DNA of 62,132 nt, filler included. It is 7 parts of 7 records of this genome, joined end to end, with 100 filler letters (N's around TTAATTAATTAA, not from the genome) between each part and the next. Parts side by side here need not be neighbours in the genome. Positions count along the whole stretch, not along the records: positions 35,808 to 41,306 come from SRR20825010_2851; positions 41,407 to 46,313 come from SRR20825010_2856; positions 46,414 to 49,782 come from SRR20825010_2879; 4 more parts are not named here. One strand, 5' to 3'. Shown here in pieces: positions 38,158 to 47,996 of this stretch (positions within the stretch are counted from its first letter, which is position 1; each line of letters begins with the position of its first letter). The notes beneath the pieces are model-generated. The model did no database searches. It was not told the origin of the DNA and saw only the letters and a list, made by a program, of their open reading frames with translations. Both the position numbers and the translations under genes were made by a program.

Positions 38158-38282
38158 GCTGAATATATTAACACTCTTCTACATTGATATTTTGCTATAT
38201 TTACTCTTCCTGAATTAACCCAACCATAAACGCTTGTAGTAAAGTGATTATTTGGAGGTTGATAATCATAAAATGCTTAAAA

Positions 38283-38885
38283 TTGAAAAAAGAAATTCCT
38301 GAATCAATAAAAATTGAATTATTAGAAACCCGAAGGCTATTTAATATGGTGATTGAAGAAATGAAGAGTGCAGATGAAAATTTATTTTCTGAAAATAAAC
38401 TTAATGACAGCTTCTACAGGAGAATAATTATTAAAAATACTTTTTCTATAATAGAGACATATATTCATATTATTAAAAAAAGTATTAAATTATACCTTAC
38501 ACTTGAGGAACCTAATAAGGTCTCCTTAGACTGGACTGAACTAATCATTTTAAATGAAAAAAAAGTTCTTTTAGATAATAAAGGAAATACTAAAGTAAAA
38601 GATGAATTCCAAAAATTTGAACCAAATCTACGATTTACACTTAATACATTTTCTAAGTTATTTAAAATAAATAAACCTGAATACGGAAATACTGAATTTC
38701 AAAAATTAATTGTATTATCTAAAAGAAGAAATGAAATAACTCATCCTAAAAAATCGAATGACTTGAATATAACAAAAGAGGAGTTACATGACTTAATAAA
38801 AAGTTTTGGATGGTTTATAAAAGTAAATGAAAAAATTAATTCCTCTTATTTAATATGGCTGAAAGAAAAACTAAATACTGAATAA
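38283..38885 (+). CDS. Hypothetical helical protein with a HEPN-like RxxxxH motif
   Basis: RRNEITHPK near the C-terminus and FSIIE in an N-terminal helix; very AT-rich; start uncertain (38244 GTG or 38283 TTG). Confidence 0.65.
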   Translation: MKKEIPESIKIELLETRRLFNMVIEEMKSADENLFSENKLNDSFYRRIIIKNTFSIIETYIHIIKKSIKLYLTLEEPNKVSLDWTELIILNEKKVLLDNKGNTKVKDEFQKFEPNLRFTLNTFSKLFKINKPEYGNTEFQKLIVLSKRRNEITHPKKSNDLNITKEELHDLIKSFGWFIKVNEKINSSYLIWLKEKLNTE

Positions 38886-39022
38886 GTCAATACTCGTAAA
38901 ATTATTTATCAGAATAATATCTTCAACGAGTAATAATTGATTTTTTTTTACCAAGATCATAATTTTATACACACAGTAAATAATTATTTAGATTTACCTT
39001 TTAACGGTTTAAAAACAAAAAC

Positions 39023-39538
39023 ATGAAACAATATATATTTATCCTTTTCACTTTTTTATTTACAATAACTACACAAGCCCAAGAAATTGAATGGCTAACG
39101 TGGAGTGAAGCCATAGAAAAGGTAAACACGGATAAAAATCCGAAAAAGCTTTTTGTAGATGTCTATACCGATTGGTGTGGATGGTGTAAAAAAATGGATA
39201 AAGACACCTTTAACAATCCAAAAGTAGCCAAATATATGCAGGAGAATTTTTATATGATAAAAATGGATGCTGAAGGAAAGGAAGCTATTGTTTACAAAAA
39301 CAAAACCTTTAAATATATTCCACAAGGAAAACGTGGTTACCATGAGTTGGCCGCCGCTTTGTTGCAAGGGAAATTGAGTTTCCCAACCGTTATTTTTTTA
39401 AATGAAAATGAAGAAATTCTTTCTCCAGTTCCTGGATATCAAAAACCAGATGGGTTTTTAATGATTGCTAAATATTTTGGAGATGATATTTATAAAGATA
39501 AAAGTTGGAAAGAATATGACGATAGTAATAAAAGCTAA
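39023..39538 (+). CDS. Exported thioredoxin-family protein
   Basis: Signal peptide, YTDWCGWCKKMD, SFPT cis-Pro motif. Confidence 0.92.
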   Translation: MKQYIFILFTFLFTITTQAQEIEWLTWSEAIEKVNTDKNPKKLFVDVYTDWCGWCKKMDKDTFNNPKVAKYMQENFYMIKMDAEGKEAIVYKNKTFKYIPQGKRGYHELAAALLQGKLSFPTVIFLNENEEILSPVPGYQKPDGFLMIAKYFGDDIYKDKSWKEYDDSNKS

Positions 39539-39643
39539 CCCAAACACCAAACTATGAATTGTCCATTAACAAACTTGAAAATCAACCGATAGGATAGTAA
39601 AAGGCGTTACATCTACCCCTTGAAATACAATAAATATTAACAG

Positions 39644-40819
39644 ATGAAACTTTTAATCAAGCTATTTATTTTTTCAATAATTACTTTCTTTTTTACTTCA
39701 TGTAAAGAAAAAAAGGATGATCAAATAAAAAAAGTAACTATTGAGAATGTTAGTCCTATTAGCCCTATGGAAAGGGTTTTGGAAGCTAACAATCCGCTTT
39801 TAAAAAGAGTTCTTGACAGTGCTGCTGATTATGAAGTACAAATTATGTTTACTGAAATTAAAAGGAACCATAACAACGTTACTTTTAAAGATTATAAATT
39901 CCATGTAAACGATTCCAATTATTTTTATCCTGCAAGCTCAGTAAAATTACCAATAGCTGTTTTAGCACTAGAAAAACTTAATAAAGACAAGCGTTTTACT
40001 ATAAATACTCCTTTTTATATAGAAGGAGATTCGGTGGAGACAACTTTTAAAGATGAAATAAATAAAATATTTGCGGTTAGCGATAATGAAGCCTATAACC
40101 GCCTTTTTGAATATTTAGGAAAAGATTATATCAACAAAACTCTCAAAGAAAAAGGATTAACAAACGTTCAAATGAATCATCGTTTAGCTACCGACAATGC
40201 CTATGAAATTGAGAATAAACCGCTTATTTTCATCACAAAAGATACCCTTACAGAAATTGTAGGAAGTATAAATACCCCTATTGACACTCTAAAAATTGAA
40301 AATTTAAAAAAAGGAAAAGGTTATATGGAAAACGATTCCATTATAAATGCGCCTATGGATTTTAGCTTAAAAAATTATCTTCCTGTAAGTACACTTCATA
40401 ACATTATGAAACGAATTATTTTTCCAGAGAATTTTTCTCCTGAAGAGCAGTTTAATTTAGCTGCATCTGACAGAGAATTCCTTTTAAAATCTATGTCTAC
40501 ACTACCAAAAAATCAAGGTTATGACTCAGAAAAATATTACGATAGTTACGTGAAATTCTTTATGTATGGAGATAAAAAAGAAGACATTCCAGACTCTCTA
40601 AAAATATATAATAAAGTTGGATTTGCATATGGTTATCTTACCGATTGCTCTTATATACACGATACAAAAAACAACATTGAATTTATTATTACCGCCACCA
40701 TTCATGTAAATAAAAATCAAATTTACAACGATGGTATTTATGAATACGATAAAGTTGGCATCCCTTTTCTTGCTGAATTAGGACGTCAATTTTATAAAAC
40801 TCAAACATTAACTAACTAA
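39644..40819 (+). CDS. Serine hydrolase / class A beta-lactamase-like lipoprotein
   Basis: Lipobox FTSC, PASSVK (SxxK), SDN, NKVG. Confidence 0.85.
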   Translation: MKLLIKLFIFSIITFFFTSCKEKKDDQIKKVTIENVSPISPMERVLEANNPLLKRVLDSAADYEVQIMFTEIKRNHNNVTFKDYKFHVNDSNYFYPASSVKLPIAVLALEKLNKDKRFTINTPFYIEGDSVETTFKDEINKIFAVSDNEAYNRLFEYLGKDYINKTLKEKGLTNVQMNHRLATDNAYEIENKPLIFITKDTLTEIVGSINTPIDTLKIENLKKGKGYMENDSIINAPMDFSLKNYLPVSTLHNIMKRIIFPENFSPEEQFNLAASDREFLLKSMSTLPKNQGYDSEKYYDSYVKFFMYGDKKEDIPDSLKIYNKVGFAYGYLTDCSYIHDTKNNIEFIITATIHVNKNQIYNDGIYEYDKVGIPFLAELGRQFYKTQTLTN

Positions 40820-40827
40820 CAACCAAA

Positions 40828-41280
40828 ATGAAAACTACAAAAACATTTTTATTATTTATTACAATTTTATTTTTTATGAATACAAAAGCAGCTGCTCAAG
40901 AATTTGAATTAACCTTCGACCACAATGCTATTTTAGTTAAAGACCTTACCGAAAGTTCCAATTTTTATTTAAACATTATTGGACTTAAAGAAATTGAAAA
41001 CAAAACTGAAAAATCGCATATTCGCTGGTTTTCTTTAGGCGGAAACTCTTCACTTCATGTTATTGAAGATAAAAACCATAAAGTACCAGACGTAAAAGGG
41101 CTTCATTTTGCCTTACACACTAAAAATTTAGATGCTTTTATAGAACATTTAAAAGAAAATAATATCTATTTTGAAAATTGGCCTGGCGAAGCAAATACAA
41201 CCAATACACGTCCAGATGGGGTTAGACAAGTTTATTTAAAAGACCCAAATGGATATTGGATTGAAGTTAATGAGAACTAA
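40828..41280 (+). CDS. VOC/glyoxalase-family protein
   Basis: DHNAILVKDL, HFAL, QVYLKDPNGYWIEVN. Confidence 0.92.
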   Translation: MKTTKTFLLFITILFFMNTKAAAQEFELTFDHNAILVKDLTESSNFYLNIIGLKEIENKTEKSHIRWFSLGGNSSLHVIEDKNHKVPDVKGLHFALHTKNLDAFIEHLKENNIYFENWPGEANTTNTRPDGVRQVYLKDPNGYWIEVNEN

Positions 41281-41287
41281 AAAATCA

Positions 41288-41306
41288 ACTCCCTCGAGGC
41301 AAGCCT
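41288..41306 (+). repeat. Left end of the same dispersed repeat, at the contig end
   Basis: ACTCCCTCGAGGCAAGCCT resembles ACTACCTCTGGAGAAGCCC at 38035. Confidence 0.55.
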
Positions 41307-41406
41307 NNNNNNNNNNNNNNNNNNNNNNNNNNNNNNNNNNNNNNNNNNNNTTAATTAATTAANNNNNNNNNNNNNNNNNNNNNNNNNNNNNNNNNNNNNN
41401 NNNNNN
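41307..41406. other. Artificial contig spacer
   Basis: 44 N + TTAATTAATTAA + 44 N; sharp AT-to-GC shift across it. Confidence 0.99.
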
Positions 41407-41618
41407 TTTACCCCGTTCAGAGCGGCGGCTAGGTCGGGTGTGATGGCGCTGCGGTCACGAAACAACACGACCGCCTCGGCATCCTTGAGCCGTGCGGCAA
41501 GTGTGGCGCTGTCGGGCGCGCGGTCTGTCCAGACAGTTACGTCATGGCCGTCGAGAGCCTGAAACGAGGGCAGAGCGCGCAGGCTGTCATACCAGTCGTC
41601 GAGAATATGAACTTTCAT
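41407..41618 (-). CDS. D-2-hydroxyacid dehydrogenase family protein (3' truncated)
   Basis: MKVHILDDW...DVTVWTD...AEAVVLFRDRSAIT; start overlaps the upstream stop (ATGA). Confidence 0.8.
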
Positions 41619-43297
41619 AACAAGTCCCCAAGAGTAACAGGGTGATCAGTGCCACAATGGCCACCAGGATGAGCGCGCCGTATGACGGGTGAGGCGACAC
41701 GATCAGAGACATGGAAATCCCACACGGCCGCACCCCCGGTTTCGGCGAACTCTGTAACCAGCATGGGCAGAGTGGCAAGATCCGTGACGCGCTTGCCAGC
41801 AATACCGAACCCCTGCGCAATGGCGGCAAGGTCGGTGCGTCCGAACACTGCACCCGCGTCTGACAGGCCATCGTCGCGCAGTTTGTGGATTTCCGACCCG
41901 TACGCGCCATCGTTGAGCACGCAAATCGCGATGTTCAACCCGTGGCGGCGGATGGTTTCAAGCTCCTGGATGTGCATCAGCAAAGAGCCGTCGCCGTCAA
42001 ACATGACCACCGTGTCGCCTGGGCGCGCGGCGGCCACGCCCATGGCATATGAGATGCCGTTGCCGATGGCCCCGAACTCTCGAATCGTCAGGAAGGTTTC
42101 GAACGGGCGGTCCATATGGGCAAAAAAGAACGAACAGTGCCCGGATGAATTGACCATCTGCCAGTCCTGCGGCAAGGCGCGGTCAAGCGCACGCACCACA
42201 TCGCGGGGGTCAAACACGTCCGGTTCGGGTGGAAAGGTGGCGGTGTCCGAAGGGGCCTCAGCGATGGCGCGGGCCAGACGGTCATTGCGCCAGCCCGGCT
42301 TAGGCTCAATCGCGGCTGTCAGCGCCTCGACACTCAGGCGTGCATCGCCGCGCAGGTGGTGCGTGGCGGCGATCCTGCCTTGGCTCAGGGCCCGGGGATC
42401 GGTGTCGATCTGAACGATCTTGGCCCCGGCAAAGAGCTTTCCCTTGTCCAGATTGTGCTGGGTCAGGCGGCACCCGACGGCGATCACCAGATCGGCCTCG
42501 GCGAACAGTGCGCGGCCCAGAGTCGACGAAAACCCGCCCGCAATGCCAACATGGAACGGGTCGCCATGGAACAGCCCGCGTGCAGGCAGTGTCGTCGCCA
42601 GCAGTGCGCCGGTTTTCTCGGCCAATGCGCGACAGGCCGTCGCCGCGCCCGAGGCCACAGCCCCCAGTCCGGCCATCACAACAACACGTCTGGCCGCGTT
42701 CACGCGGGTGGACAGCGCCGCAATGGAGTCGGGATGGGGCGGTGCCGGGGCCAGCGCCGGAAGGATCTCCGCCGAGGGCAGGGGCAACGCAGCCACATCG
42801 GCCTCGATCTTGGCCTGAAGGTCGAAGGGGACGCCAAGTACTACAGGGACGCGATCCTGTTTGGATTCGGCAAAGGCATTGCGGATCGCCTCGGCCATGT
42901 GTGGGACATGGTGCAGGCGGTGATAGCGCGCGCCACAGGCGGTGACGAACGGGGCTTGATCAATCTGCTGGTTGTACCAAGACGCGCCAAGCGGCGCTTC
43001 GCCCGCAAAAACCACCAGCGGCAGGCCCGCGCGCACCGCGGCGGGCAGGGCGGTCAGAACCTGCGTCAGTCCCGGCCCGCAGGTCACGGTCGCCACGCCC
43101 ACCGTTGCGGATTTGCGCGCATAGGCCGTTGCCGCCGCCACAGCGCAGTGTTCGTGGCGCACATAGATCATCCGCGTGCCACGTTCGGACAATGCGGTGG
43201 CGAAATGCATGTTGGCATCGCCCAACAGGGCAAAGCAGGTATCGACACCTTCGGCTGCAAAGGTATCGGCGAGCGTTTCAAAGACGTGTTTAGGCAT
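41615..43297 (-). CDS. Thiamine diphosphate-dependent enzyme (acetolactate synthase-like superfamily)
   Basis: VRHEHCA, TCGPGLTQ, GDGSLLM...NDGAYG ThDP motif. Confidence 0.92.
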   Translation of the reverse strand: MPKHVFETLADTFAAEGVDTCFALLGDANMHFATALSERGTRMIYVRHEHCAVAAATAYARKSATVGVATVTCGPGLTQVLTALPAAVRAGLPLVVFAGEAPLGASWYNQQIDQAPFVTACGARYHRLHHVPHMAEAIRNAFAESKQDRVPVVLGVPFDLQAKIEADVAALPLPSAEILPALAPAPPHPDSIAALSTRVNAARRVVVMAGLGAVASGAATACRALAEKTGALLATTLPARGLFHGDPFHVGIAGGFSSTLGRALFAEADLVIAVGCRLTQHNLDKGKLFAGAKIVQIDTDPRALSQGRIAATHHLRGDARLSVEALTAAIEPKPGWRNDRLARAIAEAPSDTATFPPEPDVFDPRDVVRALDRALPQDWQMVNSSGHCSFFFAHMDRPFETFLTIREFGAIGNGISYAMGVAAARPGDTVVMFDGDGSLLMHIQELETIRRHGLNIAICVLNDGAYGSEIHKLRDDGLSDAGAVFGRTDLAAIAQGFGIAGKRVTDLATLPMLVTEFAETGGAAVWDFHVSDRVASPVIRRAHPGGHCGTDHPVTLGDLL

Positions 43298-43309
43298 GGG
43301 TGGTCCTGT

Positions 43310-44404
43310 TCAGGGGGTCCAGACGCTGGCAGGTACAAGCACCTCGCCCCGCGCCAGTAACCGTGCGGTGCGCACAACGCCCGCCGACCGGATCGCAATG
43401 CCCGTGCCGCCGGGTTCGTGGTCCACGACTACCTCGAATGTGCCGGACGGATGTTCGATCCCGACGTTGACCGGCGATGGCAGCGTGCCAAGCCCCTCAG
43501 CAAGGCCATCGGCGACGGTGCCCGGAAGGATTGCGCAAGTGGCGATACATTGCGCGCCGGTGACAGCCATCGACGGATGCGCTGTCCAAGGCATGAAATA
43601 GCGTGCCGTCACTGTCCCGCCAAAGCGCGGTTTGGCCAGTAGGGCGATTTTGGGTGTGACGGACTTTGACACATCGCCAAGCCCCATCCTCTTGCCCGCC
43701 TCTAACCGTATCGCTTCGATTCGCTCGAAAAAAGCGCGGTTCTCATCGAGTTCCGTCTGGGTTTCGTACCCCGTCAGGCCAAAGTCCTCCGCACGTGCAA
43801 GCATCACTGGCACGGCCACGTCCATGCAGGTCACTACGATCCCATCGATTGTGTCGCGCAGGTTTCCCGTGGGCAATAAAGCGCCCGTGATCGACCCGAC
43901 AGTTTCCATGAATCCAAGGCGGATCGGGGCGGCGGTGCCCGATACGCCCGCAATTTCACAGTCTCCCGCATAGGTGACCTTGCCGCCCGGAGTCTGGATC
44001 ACCGCCTCGACTACGGCTCCAGTGTTGACAGCGTGGATCTTGACGGTTGTTTCTCCGTCCTTTGCTGGCACCAACCCCATCTCGATAGCGGCGGGACCGA
44101 CCCCGACAAGGATGTTGCCACACGTCGGGCGGAAATCAACTTCGCGTTTTTCCACCGCGACCTGCGCAAAAAAATAGTCGATGTCGCAATCATCCCGCGC
44201 AGAGGGCGACAACATGGCCACCTTGGTGGTGACTGCGTTGCCGCCGCCGACCCCATCGATGTTGAGCGGATGCCCTGCACCACACACCGCCATGAGAACC
44301 TGTGACAGGGTGGCCTCATCGCGGGGCAGGTCGGCGCGTCGGAAATAGGGCCCGCGCGACGTGCCGCCGCGCAGGAAATGGTAGGGTATCGCAGTTTGAG
44401 TCAT
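43310..44404 (-). CDS. PrpF/FldA-family isomerase (4-oxalomesaconate tautomerase-like)
   Basis: LRGGTSRG, IDGVGGG...TTKVA, CGNIL, HPSMAVTG, EHPSG, RTAR. Confidence 0.9.
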   Translation of the reverse strand: MTQTAIPYHFLRGGTSRGPYFRRADLPRDEATLSQVLMAVCGAGHPLNIDGVGGGNAVTTKVAMLSPSARDDCDIDYFFAQVAVEKREVDFRPTCGNILVGVGPAAIEMGLVPAKDGETTVKIHAVNTGAVVEAVIQTPGGKVTYAGDCEIAGVSGTAAPIRLGFMETVGSITGALLPTGNLRDTIDGIVVTCMDVAVPVMLARAEDFGLTGYETQTELDENRAFFERIEAIRLEAGKRMGLGDVSKSVTPKIALLAKPRFGGTVTARYFMPWTAHPSMAVTGAQCIATCAILPGTVADGLAEGLGTLPSPVNVGIEHPSGTFEVVVDHEPGGTGIAIRSAGVVRTARLLARGEVLVPASVWTP

Positions 44405-44414
44405 GATTAGCGCC

Positions 44415-46313
44415 TTACGTCAGAGGCCAAGGGAGATCGGCAAGCGTTTGCAGGTAGCCCGGCGGCAGATCACGTCCAAGCACCCAGGCCAGCCCGCAGA
44501 TAAAGGCCAGACCCAGCGCCGACGCGAACAGCGTGCGGGGCCAGGTAAACCTGCCCCTGACACGGAAAAACGCGATCAGGAAAACCGTGAGCGCGATGAT
44601 CAGCCCCACCGCAAAGGTCATCACCACAAGCGCGATGAACCAAGCAAGCGTAGACCAAAGGCCATGCGGGGCCTGGCCCTCGGCACCTTGCTCAAGATCG
44701 ATGAAGACATCGTCGCTGGCCGGAGCGCGGGACATGCGCAGCAACAGGAACGCCCCGCCGATCAGCGTCACGATGCCGATGGTCAGCGGAAAGATCTTGT
44801 CCTGAAACCGCGAGACACCCCAAGCATCAAGGGACGAAATCGCGGCAAAGGCCACAAGCAGTCCAAGGAAGATGGCAGGCGCGGCCTTGGTTCCGGTGGG
44901 CGCATCAATGTTCTCGCGGATGTTCTTGGACGCGCGGATCCCGACGATGACGGACACAACAGTCAACAACAACAGCCCAATGGTGATCGGCGACAGGATG
45001 TAATCCCAGCCCGATTCAGCCGACCGGCGGAATCGCGCGGCGGCGATCTGATAGGCTTGATTGACGAAGATCTCTGTCTGGTTTGACAGCACGAAACCGA
45101 TCAGGAATGCAGGCCGCGAAAAATCGAACCGGCGCAGCATGATGCCGATGATCCCGATAAACACCAGCGCGGCAAGGTCCAGCGCCGATTGGCGAGACTG
45201 GAACGCGGCAAAGGCGATGATCATGAACAGGTAAGGTGCGATGACGGTAAACCGGATCGTCGTCATCTTGGCGATGTATTTTGACAGCAGGATGCACAGA
45301 CCCGCGCCGAACACATTGGCAAGCGCCAAGGACCAGACGATCGTATAGGTGATGTCGAGGTTGTTGCGCACCATTTGCGGCCCCGGCGTCATGTTCAGCA
45401 GCGCCAGACCCCCGAGGAAAATGGCCATCGAGCCAGATCCGGGAATGCCAAAGATCAGGGTGGGAACAAGGCCGCCGCCCTCCTTGGCGTTGTTTGAGCT
45501 TTCCGGAGCGATGACGCCGCGGATGTCGCCTTGTCCGAACTGACTGCGGTCCTTGGCCGTCTGCACGGCAGAGCCGTAGGCCAACCAATCGACCACCGAT
45601 CCGCCAAGGCCCGGAATGACGCCGACCAGCACCCCGATTACCGCGCAACGCAGTGACAGCCACTTGTTCTGCCACCAGTCGCGCACGCCCTGACCCCAGC
45701 CGTCACCCAGCTTACCGCCCTCGGCGATGGCTTTGTCTTGCCGAAGGAGCGAGACGATTTCGGGCACGGCGTAGATACCGAGGCCGACAATCACCAACTG
45801 GAAACCATCGACGAGATAGGGCAGATCGTAGGTGGACAGGCGCAGGCTGCCGCCGGCCGGGGCCGCGCCGATGGTCCCGAACAAGATACCCGCGCCGGCC
45901 GCGACGACCCCTTTGAGAGGCACACGCCCAGCCAGAATCGCTACCATTGACAGGCCAAGGATCGTGATCATCAGCATTTCGGGCAGGCCAAAGGCCAAGA
46001 TCAGCGGGCGAGCTATGAGAATGAAGAACGACAAGATGAGCGCGCCGAACAAACCGCCGAACAGTGACGAGGTAAAGGCCGCCGACAGCGCACGCGCGGC
46101 GTGGCCCTTTTTGGCCAAGGGAAAGCCATCAAGCACCGTGGCCTGACTGGCGGATGATCCGGGAATGCCCAACAACACAGAAGAAAACGTGTCCGAGGTC
46201 GGGATCACGGCAATCAAACCGATCATAAGCGCAAGGCCTGCAACCGGCTCCATTCCGTACATGAACGGCAACAACAGCGCGAGGCCCGCGATCCCGCCCA
46301 GACCGGGCAGCAC
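44415..46313 (-). CDS. tctA: Tripartite tricarboxylate transporter permease TctA with a C-terminal TctB-like extension (5' truncated)
   Basis: GIPGS...TVLDGFPLA, APESSNNA, PTLIFGIPG; extra ~150-aa hydrophobic tail containing FPLTIG. Confidence 0.88.
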   Translation of the reverse strand: MLPGLGGIAGLALLLPFMYGMEPVAGLALMIGLIAVIPTSDTFSSVLLGIPGSSASQATVLDGFPLAKKGHAARALSAAFTSSLFGGLFGALILSFFILIARPLILAFGLPEMLMITILGLSMVAILAGRVPLKGVVAAGAGILFGTIGAAPAGGSLRLSTYDLPYLVDGFQLVIVGLGIYAVPEIVSLLRQDKAIAEGGKLGDGWGQGVRDWWQNKWLSLRCAVIGVLVGVIPGLGGSVVDWLAYGSAVQTAKDRSQFGQGDIRGVIAPESSNNAKEGGGLVPTLIFGIPGSGSMAIFLGGLALLNMTPGPQMVRNNLDITYTIVWSLALANVFGAGLCILLSKYIAKMTTIRFTVIAPYLFMIIAFAAFQSRQSALDLAALVFIGIIGIMLRRFDFSRPAFLIGFVLSNQTEIFVNQAYQIAAARFRRSAESGWDYILSPITIGLLLLTVVSVIVGIRASKNIRENIDAPTGTKAAPAIFLGLLVAFAAISSLDAWGVSRFQDKIFPLTIGIVTLIGGAFLLLRMSRAPASDDVFIDLEQGAEGQAPHGLWSTLAWFIALVVMTFAVGLIIALTVFLIAFFRVRGRFTWPRTLFASALGLAFICGLAWVLGRDLPPGYLQTLADLPWPLT

Positions 46314-46413
46314 NNNNNNNNNNNNNNNNNNNNNNNNNNNNNNNNNNNNNNNNNNNNTTAATTAATTAANNNNNNNNNNNNNNNNNNNNNNNNNNNNNNN
46401 NNNNNNNNNNNNN
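46314..46413. other. Artificial contig spacer
   Basis: 44 N + TTAATTAATTAA + 44 N. Confidence 0.99.
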
Positions 46414-46509
46414 CCCCCGGGATATTTTTGGACAGAAGAAACCGGGGCGATCCGCTTTGACATTTAAGTGCGGCGCAGGTCATGTGACGCGACACATCTG
46501 TGAGGTTTC

Positions 46510-47433
46510 ATGTCCCCCCCATCCGAGCGCACCACCCTTGGCATTCTGTTCATGCTGGCCTTTTGCGCGTTTGCGCCCGTGATGGACGCGATGGCCAAAG
46601 CCACGCCCGAGGTGGTGCCGGTGTCGCAGATCCTTGTCTATCGCTTTGCCATTCAGGTGGCGATCCTGTTGCCGCTGGCGGGGTTTCTGGGACACAGCCT
46701 GCGCATGTCGCTGCGGGATGTCTGGCTGCATCTGGCGCGAGCGGCGGCGCTGGTGGCAGCGACGGGATGTTTCTTTACCGCGCTGCGTTACATGCCGATC
46801 GCGGATGCGATTTCGATCTTTTTTGTCGAACCGTTTGTGCTGATCCTTATGGGGGCGGTGTTTCTGGCAGAGCCGGTGGGCTGGCGTCGTCTGACCGCCT
46901 GCGCCGTGGGGTTTGGCGGGGCCTTGTTGGTGATCCGACCCAGCTTTTCCGATCTGGGGCCGGTGGCGTTTCTGCCCTTGGTCACGGCGGCGCTGTTTTC
47001 GATCTACATGCTGATGACGCGCGCCATGGCGCGGCGGCTGCATCCGCTGGTCTTGCAGGGGCACACGGCGCTGGCAGCGACGCTGTTGATCCTGCCGCCG
47101 CTGCTGATCTTCAACGGCACAGGCAACCTTTATTTCGATCCGGTCTGGCCAGAAGGGCGCGCGGTCTGGACGCTGTTGGGGGTTGGCGTGGTGGCGACGA
47201 TCTCACATCTGTTCCTGACTTATGCGTTGCGGCTTGCGCCTGCGGGCACCATCGCGCCGTTGCAGTATCTGGAGATCGTGGGGGCCACGGTGATCGGCTA
47301 TCTGGCGTTTGGCGACTTCCCCACGCCGCTGACATGGGTCGGCATTGCGATCATCGTCGCCTCTGGTCTGTATGTGTTCGAGCGCGAGCGGCGGCTGGAA
47401 TTGCGCGCCAAGCCACCCGCGCCGCCGATCTGA
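46510..47433 (+). CDS. DMT/EamA-family transporter
   Basis: About 10 TM; MDAMAK, FFVEP, LLVIRP, APLQYLE. Confidence 0.92.
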   Translation: MSPPSERTTLGILFMLAFCAFAPVMDAMAKATPEVVPVSQILVYRFAIQVAILLPLAGFLGHSLRMSLRDVWLHLARAAALVAATGCFFTALRYMPIADAISIFFVEPFVLILMGAVFLAEPVGWRRLTACAVGFGGALLVIRPSFSDLGPVAFLPLVTAALFSIYMLMTRAMARRLHPLVLQGHTALAATLLILPPLLIFNGTGNLYFDPVWPEGRAVWTLLGVGVVATISHLFLTYALRLAPAGTIAPLQYLEIVGATVIGYLAFGDFPTPLTWVGIAIIVASGLYVFERERRLELRAKPPAPPI

Positions 47434-47435
47434 GG

Positions 47436-47996
47436 TCAGGGTTTGGGTGTGATGACCTCGGATTCAGTGACGATCATGTCCAACGGTTGATCCGTAGGTT
47501 CCAGCGGCAGATCGCTGTCCTCTTGCGCGGAGAAGGCAAATCCGATGGCCAAGGTTGGCCGTTTGGCGCGCAGCATCTCCAGCGTTCGGTCGTAGAACCC
47601 GCCGCCATAGCCCAGCCGCCCGCCGCTGCGTGAAAAGGCGATCAGCGGCACGATCAGCACCTCTGGTTCGAGAAACTCTGCCGGGTCGGGGATCATCACC
47701 TTGAACGCGCCCTCAACCAGCGTGCAGTCCGGCTCCCACCGGGCGAACTTCAGCGGCGTCGCCTTGGCCATGATCACCGGCACGCCGACGGGGCCGTAGG
47801 CTGCGGCCTCTGCCATGGCGGGGACCGGGTCGATTTCCGTGCGGATCGGCAGAAACCCCGATACAGGCACCCCGCGGTAGCCGGCCAGCACCTCGCTCAG
47901 CTTGCCCGCGGCACCGGGCCTTTGGGAGTCAAACGCCTGCTGGCGGCGGGCAAAGCCGGCCTTGCGTGCCGCCGCCTTGCGCGCGGCCAGCGTCAC
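47436..47996 (-). CDS. 5-formyltetrahydrofolate cyclo-ligase
   Basis: IVPLIAFSRSGGRLGYGGGFYDRTL, EPTDQPLD. Confidence 0.95.
   Translation of the reverse strand: MTLAARKAAARKAGFARRQQAFDSQRPGAAGKLSEVLAGYRGVPVSGFLPIRTEIDPVPAMAEAAAYGPVGVPVIMAKATPLKFARWEPDCTLVEGAFKVMIPDPAEFLEPEVLIVPLIAFSRSGGRLGYGGGFYDRTLEMLRAKRPTLAIGFAFSAQEDSDLPLEPTDQPLDMIVTESEVITPKP

Noticed and set aside
39644-40819. Bona fide antibiotic-resistance beta-lactamase
   Set aside because: It has SxxK/SDN/KxG motifs but is a longer lipoprotein among housekeeping genes; activity cannot be inferred.
46414-46447. CCCCGG...CCGGGG element at the contig start as a terminator or IS end
   Set aside because: Truncated by the spacer; probably a small intergenic repeat, but it cannot be supported from one partial copy.
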